From Escherichia phage vB_EcoP_SP7, in the sequence record MT682707.1: a stretch of 39,305 bases of DNA, one strand, 5' to 3'. The notes below the pieces were generated by a model. That model was not told the origin of the DNA and did no database searches. It saw only the letters and a program-made list of their open reading frames with translations. This document shows, piece by piece, positions 25,845 to 35,565 of this stretch (positions are counted from its first letter, which is position 1; each line of letters opens with the position of its first letter). Made by a program: the position numbers and the translations under genes.

Positions 25845-28127
25845 ATGGCTAGTAATATTGAATCAGCTCTGGCTAATCGGACTATGGGTCGTGGCAGAGC
25901 ACCGGGTAAAACTATCGCCGTCAACTATCAAGCAGCCAACGTTCAGGCTCCGACTGGTGACTCCGGTCTGGCTCGTGCATTAACCAACTTCGTTGAGTCT
26001 GGGACTGGATTATACAAGCAGTTCAAGGACGAGGAGAAGACCAGAGCTGACGAGCGGTCTAACGAGATTATCCGTAAGTTGACGCCTCAGCAGAGACGTG
26101 AGGCTATCCAGAACGGTACACTGCTGTATCAGGATGACCCTTACGCTATGGAAGCACTTCGAGTCAAGACTGGTCGCAATGCTGCCTTTGCTGTAGACGA
26201 CGAGATTAACGTTAAGATTCAGAATGGTGAGTTCCGCACACGTCAGGAAATGGAAGAATATCGCCACCAGCGACTTCAAGACGCAGCTAAGTCCTATGCT
26301 GAAGAGGCTGGTATCAATCCTACAGACGAGTTCTTCCAGCGTGGATTTAACGATAATATCACTGACCGAAACATCGCTATCTACGGGTCATTCAATAAAT
26401 ATTTCAGCAAGCAGTCTGAAGAGACGGCAATGTTGAATACTCGAATTGAGATGAACTCGTTCCTGAACGATGGGGACCTAATGCGTTCACCTGAAGCTGG
26501 TAAGACCTTCATGGCCTACCTTCGGGATGGACTGACTACTGCTTCTATCCCTTCGGACCAGCGAGCACGAGAGGTCATCACCCAGACTGTCCGTGACGCA
26601 ATCCAGAAGTCAGGAGGCTCAAACTTCCTACAGCAAGTCCGTGGTGAGCGTATCAACCTTAACGGTGTCGATGCTACCGTAGAAGAGATTGTAGGACCTG
26701 ACGTCTTCAATGCTGCTATGGTAGAGGCTCAAGGCACTGAGTACAAACTGGTGGCTAAATATCAGGAAGACTTAGCGCTTGGAGTTCAGTCTGCTATTCT
26801 TCAGGATGACCCAACCATCGGTCTGGCCCAGATTCAGAAGCTAAAGGAGCAGAACAACCTGCTTCAACCGGGTGAAGAACTCACACCTCAGCGTCAGATG
26901 CTTATTAATGCCGAAGCCAGCCTACTGGAAGCGGTCAAGCGTAAGTCTGCTGAACAGGCAAAGGAGAACACTAAGTTAATCCAGACCCAGAACAAGCAAC
27001 TGGTCATCGACCAAGTGTATCAGCGACGTCTGGCTGGGGACAACGTGTCAACCAACTATGAGGACCTTCCTGTCTCTGAGGCTACAGGAGAGTTCAAACG
27101 TTCAGACATGAACAACTATGCGTCTGCCAAGCTACAGCAGATTGACCAGATGGACATCCCTGAGGCCACTAAGGACGCTCAGAAGGTGGCATTGTTAAGG
27201 GCTGACACTAACAACGGTCCGTTCCGTAATGCCTTCCAGACGCTGACTCAGGACGCTGCTGGTGAGTGGCAAGCTGCTGTCATCCGTGGACAGTACGACC
27301 CAGACAAGATGAAACGCTTCGAGTCTCTTCGTCGTGCCTACACTCAGGACCCTTCAAGTTTCGCTGCTCTGTATCCTGACCAAGCTCAGTTGTTCTCTAC
27401 GTTCGACCAGATGGACAAGATGGGTCTTGACCCTCAGACGATGATTGAAGCTGATAAGCAAGCTGCAAGTCAAAGCCGTGAGATGCGCATGGAGTCAGAC
27501 AAGGCGTGGCAGGAGTTGAAGAACGACTCCAAGAACACCCAGTTGTCTCGTCTCCCAACGTCTCTTGACTCAAGTGCTCGTAAGGTCTGGGACTCATGGT
27601 ACTATCGTACAGGTAACGCTGACGCTGCAACTCAGCAGACTCAACGCTGGCTGAATGAGAACACCGTAACGTTCCAGTCTGAAGGTTCTGACGGTAAGTC
27701 CATCGGCATGGTGTCAAAGCACCAGCTTATGGTTGGGGATAACCCAGAGTCGTGGCAGGTTGGTCGAGACATTATCGACACAGCTCGTCAGCAGCTCATT
27801 AAGGCCAACCCTTGGGTAGTGAACTCTCAGTTGTCCGTTGTTGAACAGAACGGCTCTATCTTCCTCCAAGACGCTACGGGGACTATTCGTATTCGCTACG
27901 ATAAAGAACTTGTAGGTAAACTCTACCGAGAACAACAGCAGAAGGCACAAGATGCCGCATATGCTCAGGCAGAACGTGACGCTAACAAGCGAGCGCGTAT
28001 CGTCGGGACTAAAGCTGCTGGTGACAAACGTCGAGCTGACCGAGAGTCCAACATCGAGAAGCGCGGTGGGATGTACAATGACGTCTCACTGGAGGGTATC
28101 GCAAACGTACTAATCGGTAAGGAGTAA
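25845..28127 (+). CDS. Internal virion (core) protein C (gene 15)
   Basis: ADERSNEIIRKLTPQQRREAIQNGTLLYQDDPYAMEALRVKTGRNAAF, MEEYRH.RLQ, NENTGEFK.SDM.NYA, SNPW..N.QL and IRIRYDKEL match recalled T7 gp15. Confidence 0.95.
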   Translation: MASNIESALANRTMGRGRAPGKTIAVNYQAANVQAPTGDSGLARALTNFVESGTGLYKQFKDEEKTRADERSNEIIRKLTPQQRREAIQNGTLLYQDDPYAMEALRVKTGRNAAFAVDDEINVKIQNGEFRTRQEMEEYRHQRLQDAAKSYAEEAGINPTDEFFQRGFNDNITDRNIAIYGSFNKYFSKQSEETAMLNTRIEMNSFLNDGDLMRSPEAGKTFMAYLRDGLTTASIPSDQRAREVITQTVRDAIQKSGGSNFLQQVRGERINLNGVDATVEEIVGPDVFNAAMVEAQGTEYKLVAKYQEDLALGVQSAILQDDPTIGLAQIQKLKEQNNLLQPGEELTPQRQMLINAEASLLEAVKRKSAEQAKENTKLIQTQNKQLVIDQVYQRRLAGDNVSTNYEDLPVSEATGEFKRSDMNNYASAKLQQIDQMDIPEATKDAQKVALLRADTNNGPFRNAFQTLTQDAAGEWQAAVIRGQYDPDKMKRFESLRRAYTQDPSSFAALYPDQAQLFSTFDQMDKMGLDPQTMIEADKQAASQSREMRMESDKAWQELKNDSKNTQLSRLPTSLDSSARKVWDSWYYRTGNADAATQQTQRWLNENTVTFQSEGSDGKSIGMVSKHQLMVGDNPESWQVGRDIIDTARQQLIKANPWVVNSQLSVVEQNGSIFLQDATGTIRIRYDKELVGKLYREQQQKAQDAAYAQAERDANKRARIVGTKAAGDKRRADRESNIEKRGGMYNDVSLEGIANVLIGKE

Positions 28128-28131
28128 CATA

Positions 28132-31100
28132 ATGGCGACTCGTGGTATTCGCAATAACAATCCGGGTAACATCCGGGTAAGTAAGGACCAATGGGAAGGA
28201 ATGACTGGGGATGATGGTGCATTCGTCATCTTTGATAGTCCAGAGTCTGGCGTCCGAGCTTTAGGTAAAAACCTGCTGTCCTACGGTCGCCAAGGTTATG
28301 ACTCCATCGAGAAGATTATCAACAGATGGGCTCCTCCTAACGAGAACGACACTCAGGCTTATATTGACTCTGTGGTGGCTGCGACTGGTATTCCAGCTAC
28401 CCAGAGTCTCGACCTCTCGAACCCGGACACCCTGTCTTCTCTGGCTCAAGCTATCAGCTTCCATGAGACAGGCTCCCGGTACAATCCTGAAGTATATCAG
28501 AAGGGAGTCGCACGAGCACTAAACGGTATCAGCCCAAAGACTCCACCAGTAAGCGCTAACGTAGTTGACGCACTCACGGAAGGACTCAAGGCTAAACCTA
28601 AAGTAGCTCTGGGAGAGAACCTTCCGACCGCTGCTGGTCTGAACATTGAGGGTCAAGCACCTGAAGCTCCAAACGAATCGTTCGGTGAGATGTTCTATAA
28701 GGCTACTGGCGAGACAATGCAGGAACGAGATGACCGCTCTACGTGGTTCGGCTTCGGGGCGGCTACAGAAGCTGAAGTGAAGAACTCTATGGTCGGCGTG
28801 GCTATCCGCGCTGGTCAGACCGAGGACTCACTTGATGTAATTGGCGATGTGTTCAACCCGACCCGCTGGAACAACCATAAGTGGACTCGTGAGGAGCTGG
28901 ACCAGATTCGTAACGCTGGGGTTCTGCCTCAGTATTACGGAGTCATTACTGGTGGCTCTCCTCAGAACCTGACCGAGCTGATTAACTTGGCGCTTGAGAA
29001 CCAGAAGTTGGATCAAGAGAAGGCCAAGGCCGGTATTGGTGCTCAGTTAGCTGCTGGCGTGATTGGTGCTGGTGTAGACCCGCTGACCTACGTTCCTATC
29101 GCTGGACAGGTTGGTAAGGGTGGTAAGCTGGTCAACAAGATGTTCACCGTGGCTGCTCAATCTGGAGCGCTGGCTGGTGTGTCTGAGATGGCTCGTACCT
29201 CAGTGGCTGGTGGTGATGCTCATGTGGCTGAAGCTATCCTCGGAGGTGCTCTCTTCGGGGGCGGAATGACCGCTATCGCTGACGGCTTAGGAAGAGCCTT
29301 AGGTCGCAACACTAACGAGTTCGCTGGCCCGGCTACACGTCTGGAAGCCCGTGAGACTGCTCGTAACGTTGATGGTCAGGACCTGTCTCGTCTCCCTATT
29401 CAGGAAGGTGAGCAGACCTTTAGTCATCAAGGCGTTAAGTTCGCTGACGTTCAGAATGAGCCGGGTAGTGTACGACTGGAGGATGGTTCAATCCTGATTG
29501 GTGAGAACCCTCTGAACCCTAAGACACGTCAGGTCTTTGACGAAGTGATTGAGCCTGAACGCGCAGCCGCTGGTGTTAACCTTGGGGGGCTGACTGAGAT
29601 TGGCCTGAAGCTGCTTCGGTCAGAGAACCCTGAGATTCGTGGAGTCGCTGCTGACTTAGTGCGTTCACCGACTGGTATGCAGTCAGGAGCCTCAGGTAAA
29701 ATTGGGACCACTGCGTCAGACGTGTTCGAGAGACTTCGTGCTGTGGACCATCGGTTCTACAACGACATCGACGATGCTGTTACTGAGGCACTCAAGGACC
29801 CCTACTTCCAGACAGCATTCTGGCGAGACTCTGGCGCATTCCGTCAGGACATCTACCAGCGTGTGTCTATGGCTATTGAAGATGTAAGTGGGAACCTGAA
29901 GGCTGAACTGACTCCGGGAGAACTGAAAGTCTATGACCTGCTGAAGAATCAGTTTGACGCAAAGCGTGAGATGATGGAGAACCCAGCTATGTTTGGTCGT
30001 CCAGACGCTAAGTCTATCTTCCCCGGCAGTCGCTTCAAGGGAACCTACGTCCCGCATGTGTATAGCAATCAGATGAAGGAGCTGTACATCAAGGAGCTTG
30101 GAAGCCCAGAGGCACTACAGGAGGCCATCAAGAAGTCATGGTTGACCAGCTATGCGTCTCGACCTGAAGTCAAGAAACGTGTGGACGAGGCACTCTTAGA
30201 GGCTGACCCTACGTTGACTCCAGATGGACTTGCTGCTGCGGTCTATAAGTACGCTAACGATAAGGCTTACGGTATCTCTCACACCGAGCAGTTCGAGCGT
30301 TCATCCGTAATGGAAGAGAACATCAATGGTCTGGTGGGTTTGGAGAACAACAGCTTCCTTGAGGCTCGTAACCTGTTTGATAGCGATATGTCAATCGTTC
30401 TGCCGAACGGTCATACCTTCAGTGTCAACAATCTGCGTGAGTGGGACATGGATAAGATTGTCCCTGCTTATAACCGTCGAGTTAATGGTGACATTGCTAT
30501 CATGGCTGGTACAGGAAAGACTACGAAGGAAATGAAGGATTTAGTTGAGACCATGATGAATAAGGCTGGTGATGATGGAAAGTTGAAAGGTGAGGTATCT
30601 ACCTTACGTGACACCCTGAAGATTCTAACTGGTCGTGCTCGACGTGATGGCGCTGATGATGCGGCCTTCGCTACCGTGATGCGCACGATGACAGACCTAT
30701 CGTTCTTCGCTAAAAATGCCTACATGGGTGTGCAGAACTTAACGGAGATTGGTGGTATGCTGGCTCGTGGTAACGTTCGTGCATTGCTACATGGAGTTCC
30801 TATGTTCCGTGACCTAGCCTTCCGTAACAAGAAGGTAGGGGCCTCAGAGATTAAGGACCTGCACAATGTTATCTTCGGTAAGGAACTGGACGACTCAATC
30901 CGCCCGTCTAAACAGGATGTCATCGACCGTCTGCGGTCTTACAGTGACCTCGGTCGTGGTGCAGCCACAGCTCTGGGGACTGCCAAGTATTACACTGGTG
31001 AACTTGCAGTACGCTCGCCGTTCACTAAAGTCCTCAACGGTACGACAAACTACCTGTTAGATGCTGGACGTCAAGGCTTCCTGTCTGACATCGTGGAGCA

Positions 31101-32019
31101 TAGTCTGACTGGCAGTAAGCGTCGGTTCGATGACCGCTGGCTGAAGACCGCTGGTATCTCTGACGAGCAGTGGAAGGGCATTAAGTCCCTAATCCGTGAG
31201 TCAGTGACTCGTGGTCCAGACGGGAAGTACACCATCAAGGATAAGAAGGCGTTCAGTCAGGACCCAAGGGCTATGGACTTATGGCGTATGGGTGACACCA
31301 TCGCTGATGAAACGTTACTACGTCCTCATAAGCTGTCCAACATGGATGCAAAGGCTTATGGTCCTCTCGCTAAGACTGTCCTTCAGTTTAAGAACTTCGT
31401 CATCAAGTCCATCAATGGGCGTACCATGCGAACCTTCTATAACGCCACGAAGAACAACCGAGCGATGGATGCTGCTCTGTCCACTGTGATGTCTATGGGC
31501 CTTGCTGGTATCTACTACATGGCTCAGGCACACATCAAGGCTTACGCTATGCAGGATGGTCGTGACCGTGACTACCTCAAGCAAGCTCTTGACCCGACGA
31601 TGATTGGTTACGCGGCTCTGTCCCGTAGCTCACACTTGGGTGGGCCACTTGGGGTAGCTAACATTCTGGGTGGCATCGCTGGGTATGAGGACACCAAGAT
31701 GCTCCGTTCGTCTATACTACCTCGTTCGCCTACAGAGAAGCCTGAACGTGCCATCTCGTATGGTGCAGCTACAAGTGACCCTGTGATGAATGTCGTCGGT
31801 AACTTCTTGGAGCAGGTTCCAGCTTTCGGATATGCTGCTAACGTTGGCGCTTCGGCTTACAACTTGGCTGGCTACCTCAAGGCGGATACTCGGGTAAACG
31901 AGAGAGACTACATGACCGGGATGTATAACACCTTCCGTGAACTGGTTCCGAACGACCCACTTACTCAGAAGTTGCTACTGGGAACGTTTGAGGAGCAAGG
32001 TATCCACATCAAGGACTAA
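28132..32019 (+). CDS. Internal virion protein D (gene 16) with a non-T7 N-terminal domain
   Basis: Residues after about 250 are collinear with recalled T7 gp16 (RLEARETARN, DLVRSPTGMQSGASGK, FLEARNLFDSD, RRVNGDIAIM, FFAKNAYMG.QN.TEI.GM, WTK.LNGTTNYLLDA, DPTMI..AALSRSS, ELVPNDPLTQ). The first ~130 aa (GIRNNNPGNIR...) differ from the T7 SLT-type lytic transglycosylase module. Confidence 0.95.
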   Translation: MATRGIRNNNPGNIRVSKDQWEGMTGDDGAFVIFDSPESGVRALGKNLLSYGRQGYDSIEKIINRWAPPNENDTQAYIDSVVAATGIPATQSLDLSNPDTLSSLAQAISFHETGSRYNPEVYQKGVARALNGISPKTPPVSANVVDALTEGLKAKPKVALGENLPTAAGLNIEGQAPEAPNESFGEMFYKATGETMQERDDRSTWFGFGAATEAEVKNSMVGVAIRAGQTEDSLDVIGDVFNPTRWNNHKWTREELDQIRNAGVLPQYYGVITGGSPQNLTELINLALENQKLDQEKAKAGIGAQLAAGVIGAGVDPLTYVPIAGQVGKGGKLVNKMFTVAAQSGALAGVSEMARTSVAGGDAHVAEAILGGALFGGGMTAIADGLGRALGRNTNEFAGPATRLEARETARNVDGQDLSRLPIQEGEQTFSHQGVKFADVQNEPGSVRLEDGSILIGENPLNPKTRQVFDEVIEPERAAAGVNLGGLTEIGLKLLRSENPEIRGVAADLVRSPTGMQSGASGKIGTTASDVFERLRAVDHRFYNDIDDAVTEALKDPYFQTAFWRDSGAFRQDIYQRVSMAIEDVSGNLKAELTPGELKVYDLLKNQFDAKREMMENPAMFGRPDAKSIFPGSRFKGTYVPHVYSNQMKELYIKELGSPEALQEAIKKSWLTSYASRPEVKKRVDEALLEADPTLTPDGLAAAVYKYANDKAYGISHTEQFERSSVMEENINGLVGLENNSFLEARNLFDSDMSIVLPNGHTFSVNNLREWDMDKIVPAYNRRVNGDIAIMAGTGKTTKEMKDLVETMMNKAGDDGKLKGEVSTLRDTLKILTGRARRDGADDAAFATVMRTMTDLSFFAKNAYMGVQNLTEIGGMLARGNVRALLHGVPMFRDLAFRNKKVGASEIKDLHNVIFGKELDDSIRPSKQDVIDRLRSYSDLGRGAATALGTAKYYTGELAVRSPFTKVLNGTTNYLLDAGRQGFLSDIVEHSLTGSKRRFDDRWLKTAGISDEQWKGIKSLIRESVTRGPDGKYTIKDKKAFSQDPRAMDLWRMGDTIADETLLRPHKLSNMDAKAYGPLAKTVLQFKNFVIKSINGRTMRTFYNATKNNRAMDAALSTVMSMGLAGIYYMAQAHIKAYAMQDGRDRDYLKQALDPTMIGYAALSRSSHLGGPLGVANILGGIAGYEDTKMLRSSILPRSPTEKPERAISYGAATSDPVMNVVGNFLEQVPAFGYAANVGASAYNLAGYLKADTRVNERDYMTGMYNTFRELVPNDPLTQKLLLGTFEEQGIHIKD

Positions 32020-32037
32020 ACTATCACTATAGGAAAC
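32015..32037 (+). promoter_or_regulatory. Phage-RNAP promoter (phi17 position)
   Basis: ACTAAACTATCACTATAGGAAAC; +1 at 32032, followed by a GGAGAC/GTCTCC hairpin at 32038..32059. Confidence 0.85.
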
Positions 32038-32082
32038 GGAGACGCTACCATAGGTCTCCATTTAAATCACAAAGGAGGCATA

Positions 32083-34269
32083 ATGTCCACGATTACACAA
32101 TTCCCCACAGGAAACACTCAGTACAGGATTGAGTTCGACTACCTATCCAGAACGTTTGTTGTTGTTACGCTGGTGAATAGCTCTAACCCTACCCTGAACC
32201 GTGTACTGGAAGTTGGTCGAGATTACCGATTCCTTAATCCAACGATGATTGAGATGTTGGCTGACCAATCAGGTTTCGACATCGTTCGTATTCACCGTCA
32301 GACTGGAACTGACTTAGTGGTAGACTTCAGAAATGGCTCAGTGTTGACAGCCAGTGACCTGACCAATGCAGAGCTTCAGGCTATCCATATTGCAGAAGAG
32401 GGTAGGGACCAAACGGTTGACTTAGCGAAGGAATATGCTGATGCTGCTGGTACCTCTGCCGGTAACGCTAAGGATAGCGAGGACGAAGCACGACGAATCG
32501 CTGAGGATATCAAGGCATCTGGTCGAATTGGCTATATTACCCGTCGCTCCTTCGAGAAAGGCTTCAACGTTATAACATGGAACGAGGTACTGCTATGGGA
32601 AGAGGATGGTGAGTATTACCGTTGGGATGGTACGCTTCCAAAGAACGTTCCTGCTGGTTCAACTCCTGAAACTTCCGGTGGGATTGGAGTAGGTGCGTGG
32701 GTTCTCGTAGGTGATGCTTCACTTCGTAGCGCACTAGCTTCTGAAGCAGGGGCATCAATGGTGTCCCGGAACGGCTCACCCCTAGGCAGAATCATTCGTG
32801 CGTCACTCTTCGAATACCTTACCGAATCAGATCAGCAAGCATTACTTACTACTTCTGGAGCAGTAGTTGCAGCGGATTATGCGTTAAAAGCCGCTATAGC
32901 TGCTGGAGTTATGGTCCTTGATATACCACGGAACATGGGGATTATTGAACTTGGTAGAGATCCAGCGACGCTTCCATTGGGGTTCTCGCTTATAGGATGG
33001 GGCTGCCGTCGACCTTATACTGTATCAGATGACAGTAGCTTCCTTAATTGCGGGGTAGTTATCCGCGTAGCAGCTGGGGCAAGTTTTCCTTTTTATTCAA
33101 CTGGTCGTCATGTGTTCCGGGATATTGTTTTTGACGGGCGAGATAAAACAACGTATCTTTTTTATTCCACAGATAGGTATACTGAGTTCAACGGTACTCG
33201 ACTAGAGGGGTGCGGAATTTATCGTTTTGCTATTGGTATTGGTTGGAATATTGGAGGAGTATCAAGGTACATTGCAACAGTAAAAGCTCATTTCTGTTCA
33301 ATATCTGGAAACGGGGACGGAGTTAAGAATTTAATAGACTCTATGATGATTGGTTGCACAATCAATGCCAATGACCGAGGCGTAGCTCTTGTCGGCGGGG
33401 CAAATAGTAACTTTTTCGGAGGATGCCGGAACGAATGGAACGCTGGTGATAACTGGTATGCGTATGAATCAATAGAAAACCAGATTTCAGGTGAACTGTG
33501 CGACAGAGCTGGGCGAGGCGGGGTAGTTGCTGGCAAGGATTCGTCATGGATTGTAACCGGAGTTGTCGTCGCTCGCAGTGGTGCTAATCAACCAATGAAT
33601 GATAACTACTCAGCAAACTTTGTTATTATTGATAACGGTAAAATCGTAATCTCTGGGGTGAGAACCAGAAACGGAGCTAACGAGTGGGGTCAGGGTGGGA
33701 CAAATTCTCCATCGTTTAACGTATCGGTTCTTGGTTCTGGTAATGGGACACTCCTGGTATCTGGAAGTGATATGACCGGTTTTGTTACTTCGGCAATTAA
33801 CCAGAAGGCTCCTACATTAAATAAAGCTATAACCGGAAATCTCGGTATGGATGATGATGTAAATGTTGGAATGTCTCAGGTTATTAAAGGAAGACGGATT
33901 ATTGGTTCACAGTCATCAGGTAGATTGCAAGACGCTGTGGGAGCAACGTTATCATTCACTAAGCCCAATATTGCGCAAGATTTATATGGTACATACGTCA
34001 CCAGAGCCATATTGATTGAGTGTAGAATTGGCAATACTGCACAAGGTGATTATATAAAAATACCTATAGGGGTAAGGCACGAAAACAATTTCTATCTTGA
34101 TATCATCACCAGCGGAATTGTTGCAAGCTCTGGAAGGATTGGCCTTTCAGGAACGGGGGTTACTGTTAGCTTATCTATTGATAGCGCAACGGGTGCCATA
34201 TCAGTCGTGTTAACTAGCGTTGATGGGCTGGTGAGAGATGTTAATGTCTCTTTACTACCATCAATGTAA
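32083..34269 (+). CDS. Tail fiber/tailspike (gene 17): T7 gp17-like N-terminal adaptor domain fused to a non-T7 putative beta-helix depolymerase/receptor-binding module
   Basis: N-terminal ~150 aa match recalled T7 gp17 ([47 protein letters not shown]). The rest is unrelated, Gly/Asn/Ser-rich with beta-helix-like repeats, and its coding DNA (about 33000..34270) is visibly AT-rich relative to the genome. Confidence 0.9.
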   Translation: MSTITQFPTGNTQYRIEFDYLSRTFVVVTLVNSSNPTLNRVLEVGRDYRFLNPTMIEMLADQSGFDIVRIHRQTGTDLVVDFRNGSVLTASDLTNAELQAIHIAEEGRDQTVDLAKEYADAAGTSAGNAKDSEDEARRIAEDIKASGRIGYITRRSFEKGFNVITWNEVLLWEEDGEYYRWDGTLPKNVPAGSTPETSGGIGVGAWVLVGDASLRSALASEAGASMVSRNGSPLGRIIRASLFEYLTESDQQALLTTSGAVVAADYALKAAIAAGVMVLDIPRNMGIIELGRDPATLPLGFSLIGWGCRRPYTVSDDSSFLNCGVVIRVAAGASFPFYSTGRHVFRDIVFDGRDKTTYLFYSTDRYTEFNGTRLEGCGIYRFAIGIGWNIGGVSRYIATVKAHFCSISGNGDGVKNLIDSMMIGCTINANDRGVALVGGANSNFFGGCRNEWNAGDNWYAYESIENQISGELCDRAGRGGVVAGKDSSWIVTGVVVARSGANQPMNDNYSANFVIIDNGKIVISGVRTRNGANEWGQGGTNSPSFNVSVLGSGNGTLLVSGSDMTGFVTSAINQKAPTLNKAITGNLGMDDDVNVGMSQVIKGRRIIGSQSSGRLQDAVGATLSFTKPNIAQDLYGTYVTRAILIECRIGNTAQGDYIKIPIGVRHENNFYLDIITSGIVASSGRIGLSGTGVTVSLSIDSATGAISVVLTSVDGLVRDVNVSLLPSM

Positions 34270-34387
34270 GAGTGAGAACGGAAGTCGAAACAGAACTGGT
34301 GGTTGTGGAGGTAGAGGCTAACTATACGCTGACCAACGTATGTAATAACTTTGGGTCACGGACGACCCGCTTTAAACTGGAGGTTTT

Positions 34388-34582
34388 ATGATTGAGTTAG
34401 ACTTCAAGAATGAGGTCCTTAAAGCCTCTCCTATCGTCGGGACCGCTGCGGCTGATGGTGCCAGTCGGTTCTTCTTCGGGCTCACACTTAACGAATGGTT
34501 CTACGTTGCAGCTATCGCGTACACCGTTGTCCAGATTGGTGTGCTAGTCTATAAAACGATTAAAGGAGGTGGTAAAACATGA
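34388..34582 (+). CDS. Holin, class II (gene 17.5)
   Basis: DFKNEVLKASPIVGTAAADGASRFFFGLTLNEWFYVAAIAYTVVQIG matches recalled T7 gp17.5. Confidence 0.9.
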   Translation: MIELDFKNEVLKASPIVGTAAADGASRFFFGLTLNEWFYVAAIAYTVVQIGVLVYKTIKGGGKT

Positions 34583-34842
34583 CGCAGATGGACTTAGAGA
34601 AGTTCCTCTTAATGCTGGATACTGAACGTGCTCGACTCATGCTGCAAGACCTGCGGGATGACTCTAAGCGTTCACCTCAGCTCTACAACGCCATTGAGAA
34701 GCTGCTTGCTCGTCACAACTTTGTGTTAAGCAAGGTGTCTGTTGACGAGAAGACTCTGGCTGATATGGAGGCCCTGAACGCAGAGTACGATAAGGTGCTC
34801 TCAGCTACGGAAGATAATGACACTGGGTATGGAGTGCAGTAA
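34579..34842 (+). CDS. Terminase small subunit (gene 18)
   Basis: FLLMLDT..A..ML.DL.....RSPQLYNAI motif and position match recalled T7 gp18. Confidence 0.85.
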   Translation: MTQMDLEKFLLMLDTERARLMLQDLRDDSKRSPQLYNAIEKLLARHNFVLSKVSVDEKTLADMEALNAEYDKVLSATEDNDTGYGVQ

Positions 34843-34855
34843 ATCTCTTAAGTGT

Positions 34856-34900
34856 TAGACTCAAGGTCATTACTATATGTAGTGGCCTTTATGGTTAACA
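34856..34900 (+). promoter_or_regulatory. RNase III processing site (R18.5-like)
   Basis: TAGACTCAAGGTCATTACTATATGTAGTGGCCTTTATGGTTAACA; conserved element in the same position as T7 R18.5. Confidence 0.7.
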
Positions 34901-34952
34901 CTAACTAGTGGAGGCGACTCTACGTGAAATCTGATAAACCGGGAGGGCAACT

Positions 34953-35402
34953 ATGCTCGAATTTTTAAAGAGAGCGGCTCCGTGGTTACTTGCAGCAGTG
35001 ATGTTTGCTGGTGGCTACCACACCGCTAACAATAAGTGGGAGGCTAAGGTCAATGCAGAATACACCTCGAATCTTAAGGCATCGGAAGATACAAGGCTTG
35101 CTGTCCAAGCTGAAGTCAACAAGGTGTCCAAACGGTTTCAGGACGAAATGTCCTCGCTGGAAGGCAGCACTGATAGGATTATTGCTGACCTTCAGTCTGA
35201 CAATAAGCGGTTGCGCATCCGAGTCAAACCAACGAGTGGAACCACGCAAAGTGACGGTCGATGCGTCATTGATGGTTACGCCGAACTTGACGAACGAGAT
35301 GCTAAACGTCTTATCTCCATCGGACTGAAAGGGGACGCTTGGATTAAGACCCTTCAGGACACTGTGAGAGCCTTGCAGCAAGAGAGGGGGAGTAATGATT
35401 AG
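34953..35402 (+). CDS. Rz-like i-spanin (gene 18.5)
   Basis: MLEFL N-terminus with a transmembrane segment, then LEGSTDRIIADLQSDNKRLRIRVK and DERDAKRLI..KGDAWI..LQDT matching recalled T7 gp18.5. Confidence 0.85.
   Translation: MLEFLKRAAPWLLAAVMFAGGYHTANNKWEAKVNAEYTSNLKASEDTRLAVQAEVNKVSKRFQDEMSSLEGSTDRIIADLQSDNKRLRIRVKPTSGTTQSDGRCVIDGYAELDERDAKRLISIGLKGDAWIKTLQDTVRALQQERGSND
35053..35328 (+). CDS. Rz1-like o-spanin lipoprotein embedded in the +1 frame of Rz (start uncertain)
   Basis: +1 frame ORF inside Rz with a lipobox-like LTISGC followed by ASES...SLMV.PNLT.EMLNV; start chosen at the internal ATG 35053, but 35005 is also possible. Confidence 0.4.
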   Translation: MQNTPRILRHRKIQGLLSKLKSTRCPNGFRTKCPRWKAALIGLLLTFSLTISGCASESNQRVEPRKVTVDASLMVTPNLTNEMLNVLSPSD

Positions 35403-35565
35403 AGTTAAATGCTTAAAGACTGACTCAAATGGGATTCTTGAGGTGGGTTCAGTCTACTGGGTTGACTCGCTTGAAGACATTGACTCCTATGTGCATATTA
35501 GAGGAGGGCGATACATTGGTATGTTCCCATCTAAGTGGTTTGAGCCTAAGGAGGAGAACCATTGA
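35395..35565 (+). CDS. Small hypothetical ORF (56 aa) bridging the Rz stop and the terminase start
   Basis: ATG overlaps the Rz stop; ORF ends 1 nt after the TTG start of gene 19. No T7 counterpart known to me. Confidence 0.3.
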   Translation: MIRVKCLKTDSNGILEVGSVYWVDSLEDIDSYVHIRGGRYIGMFPSKWFEPKEENH

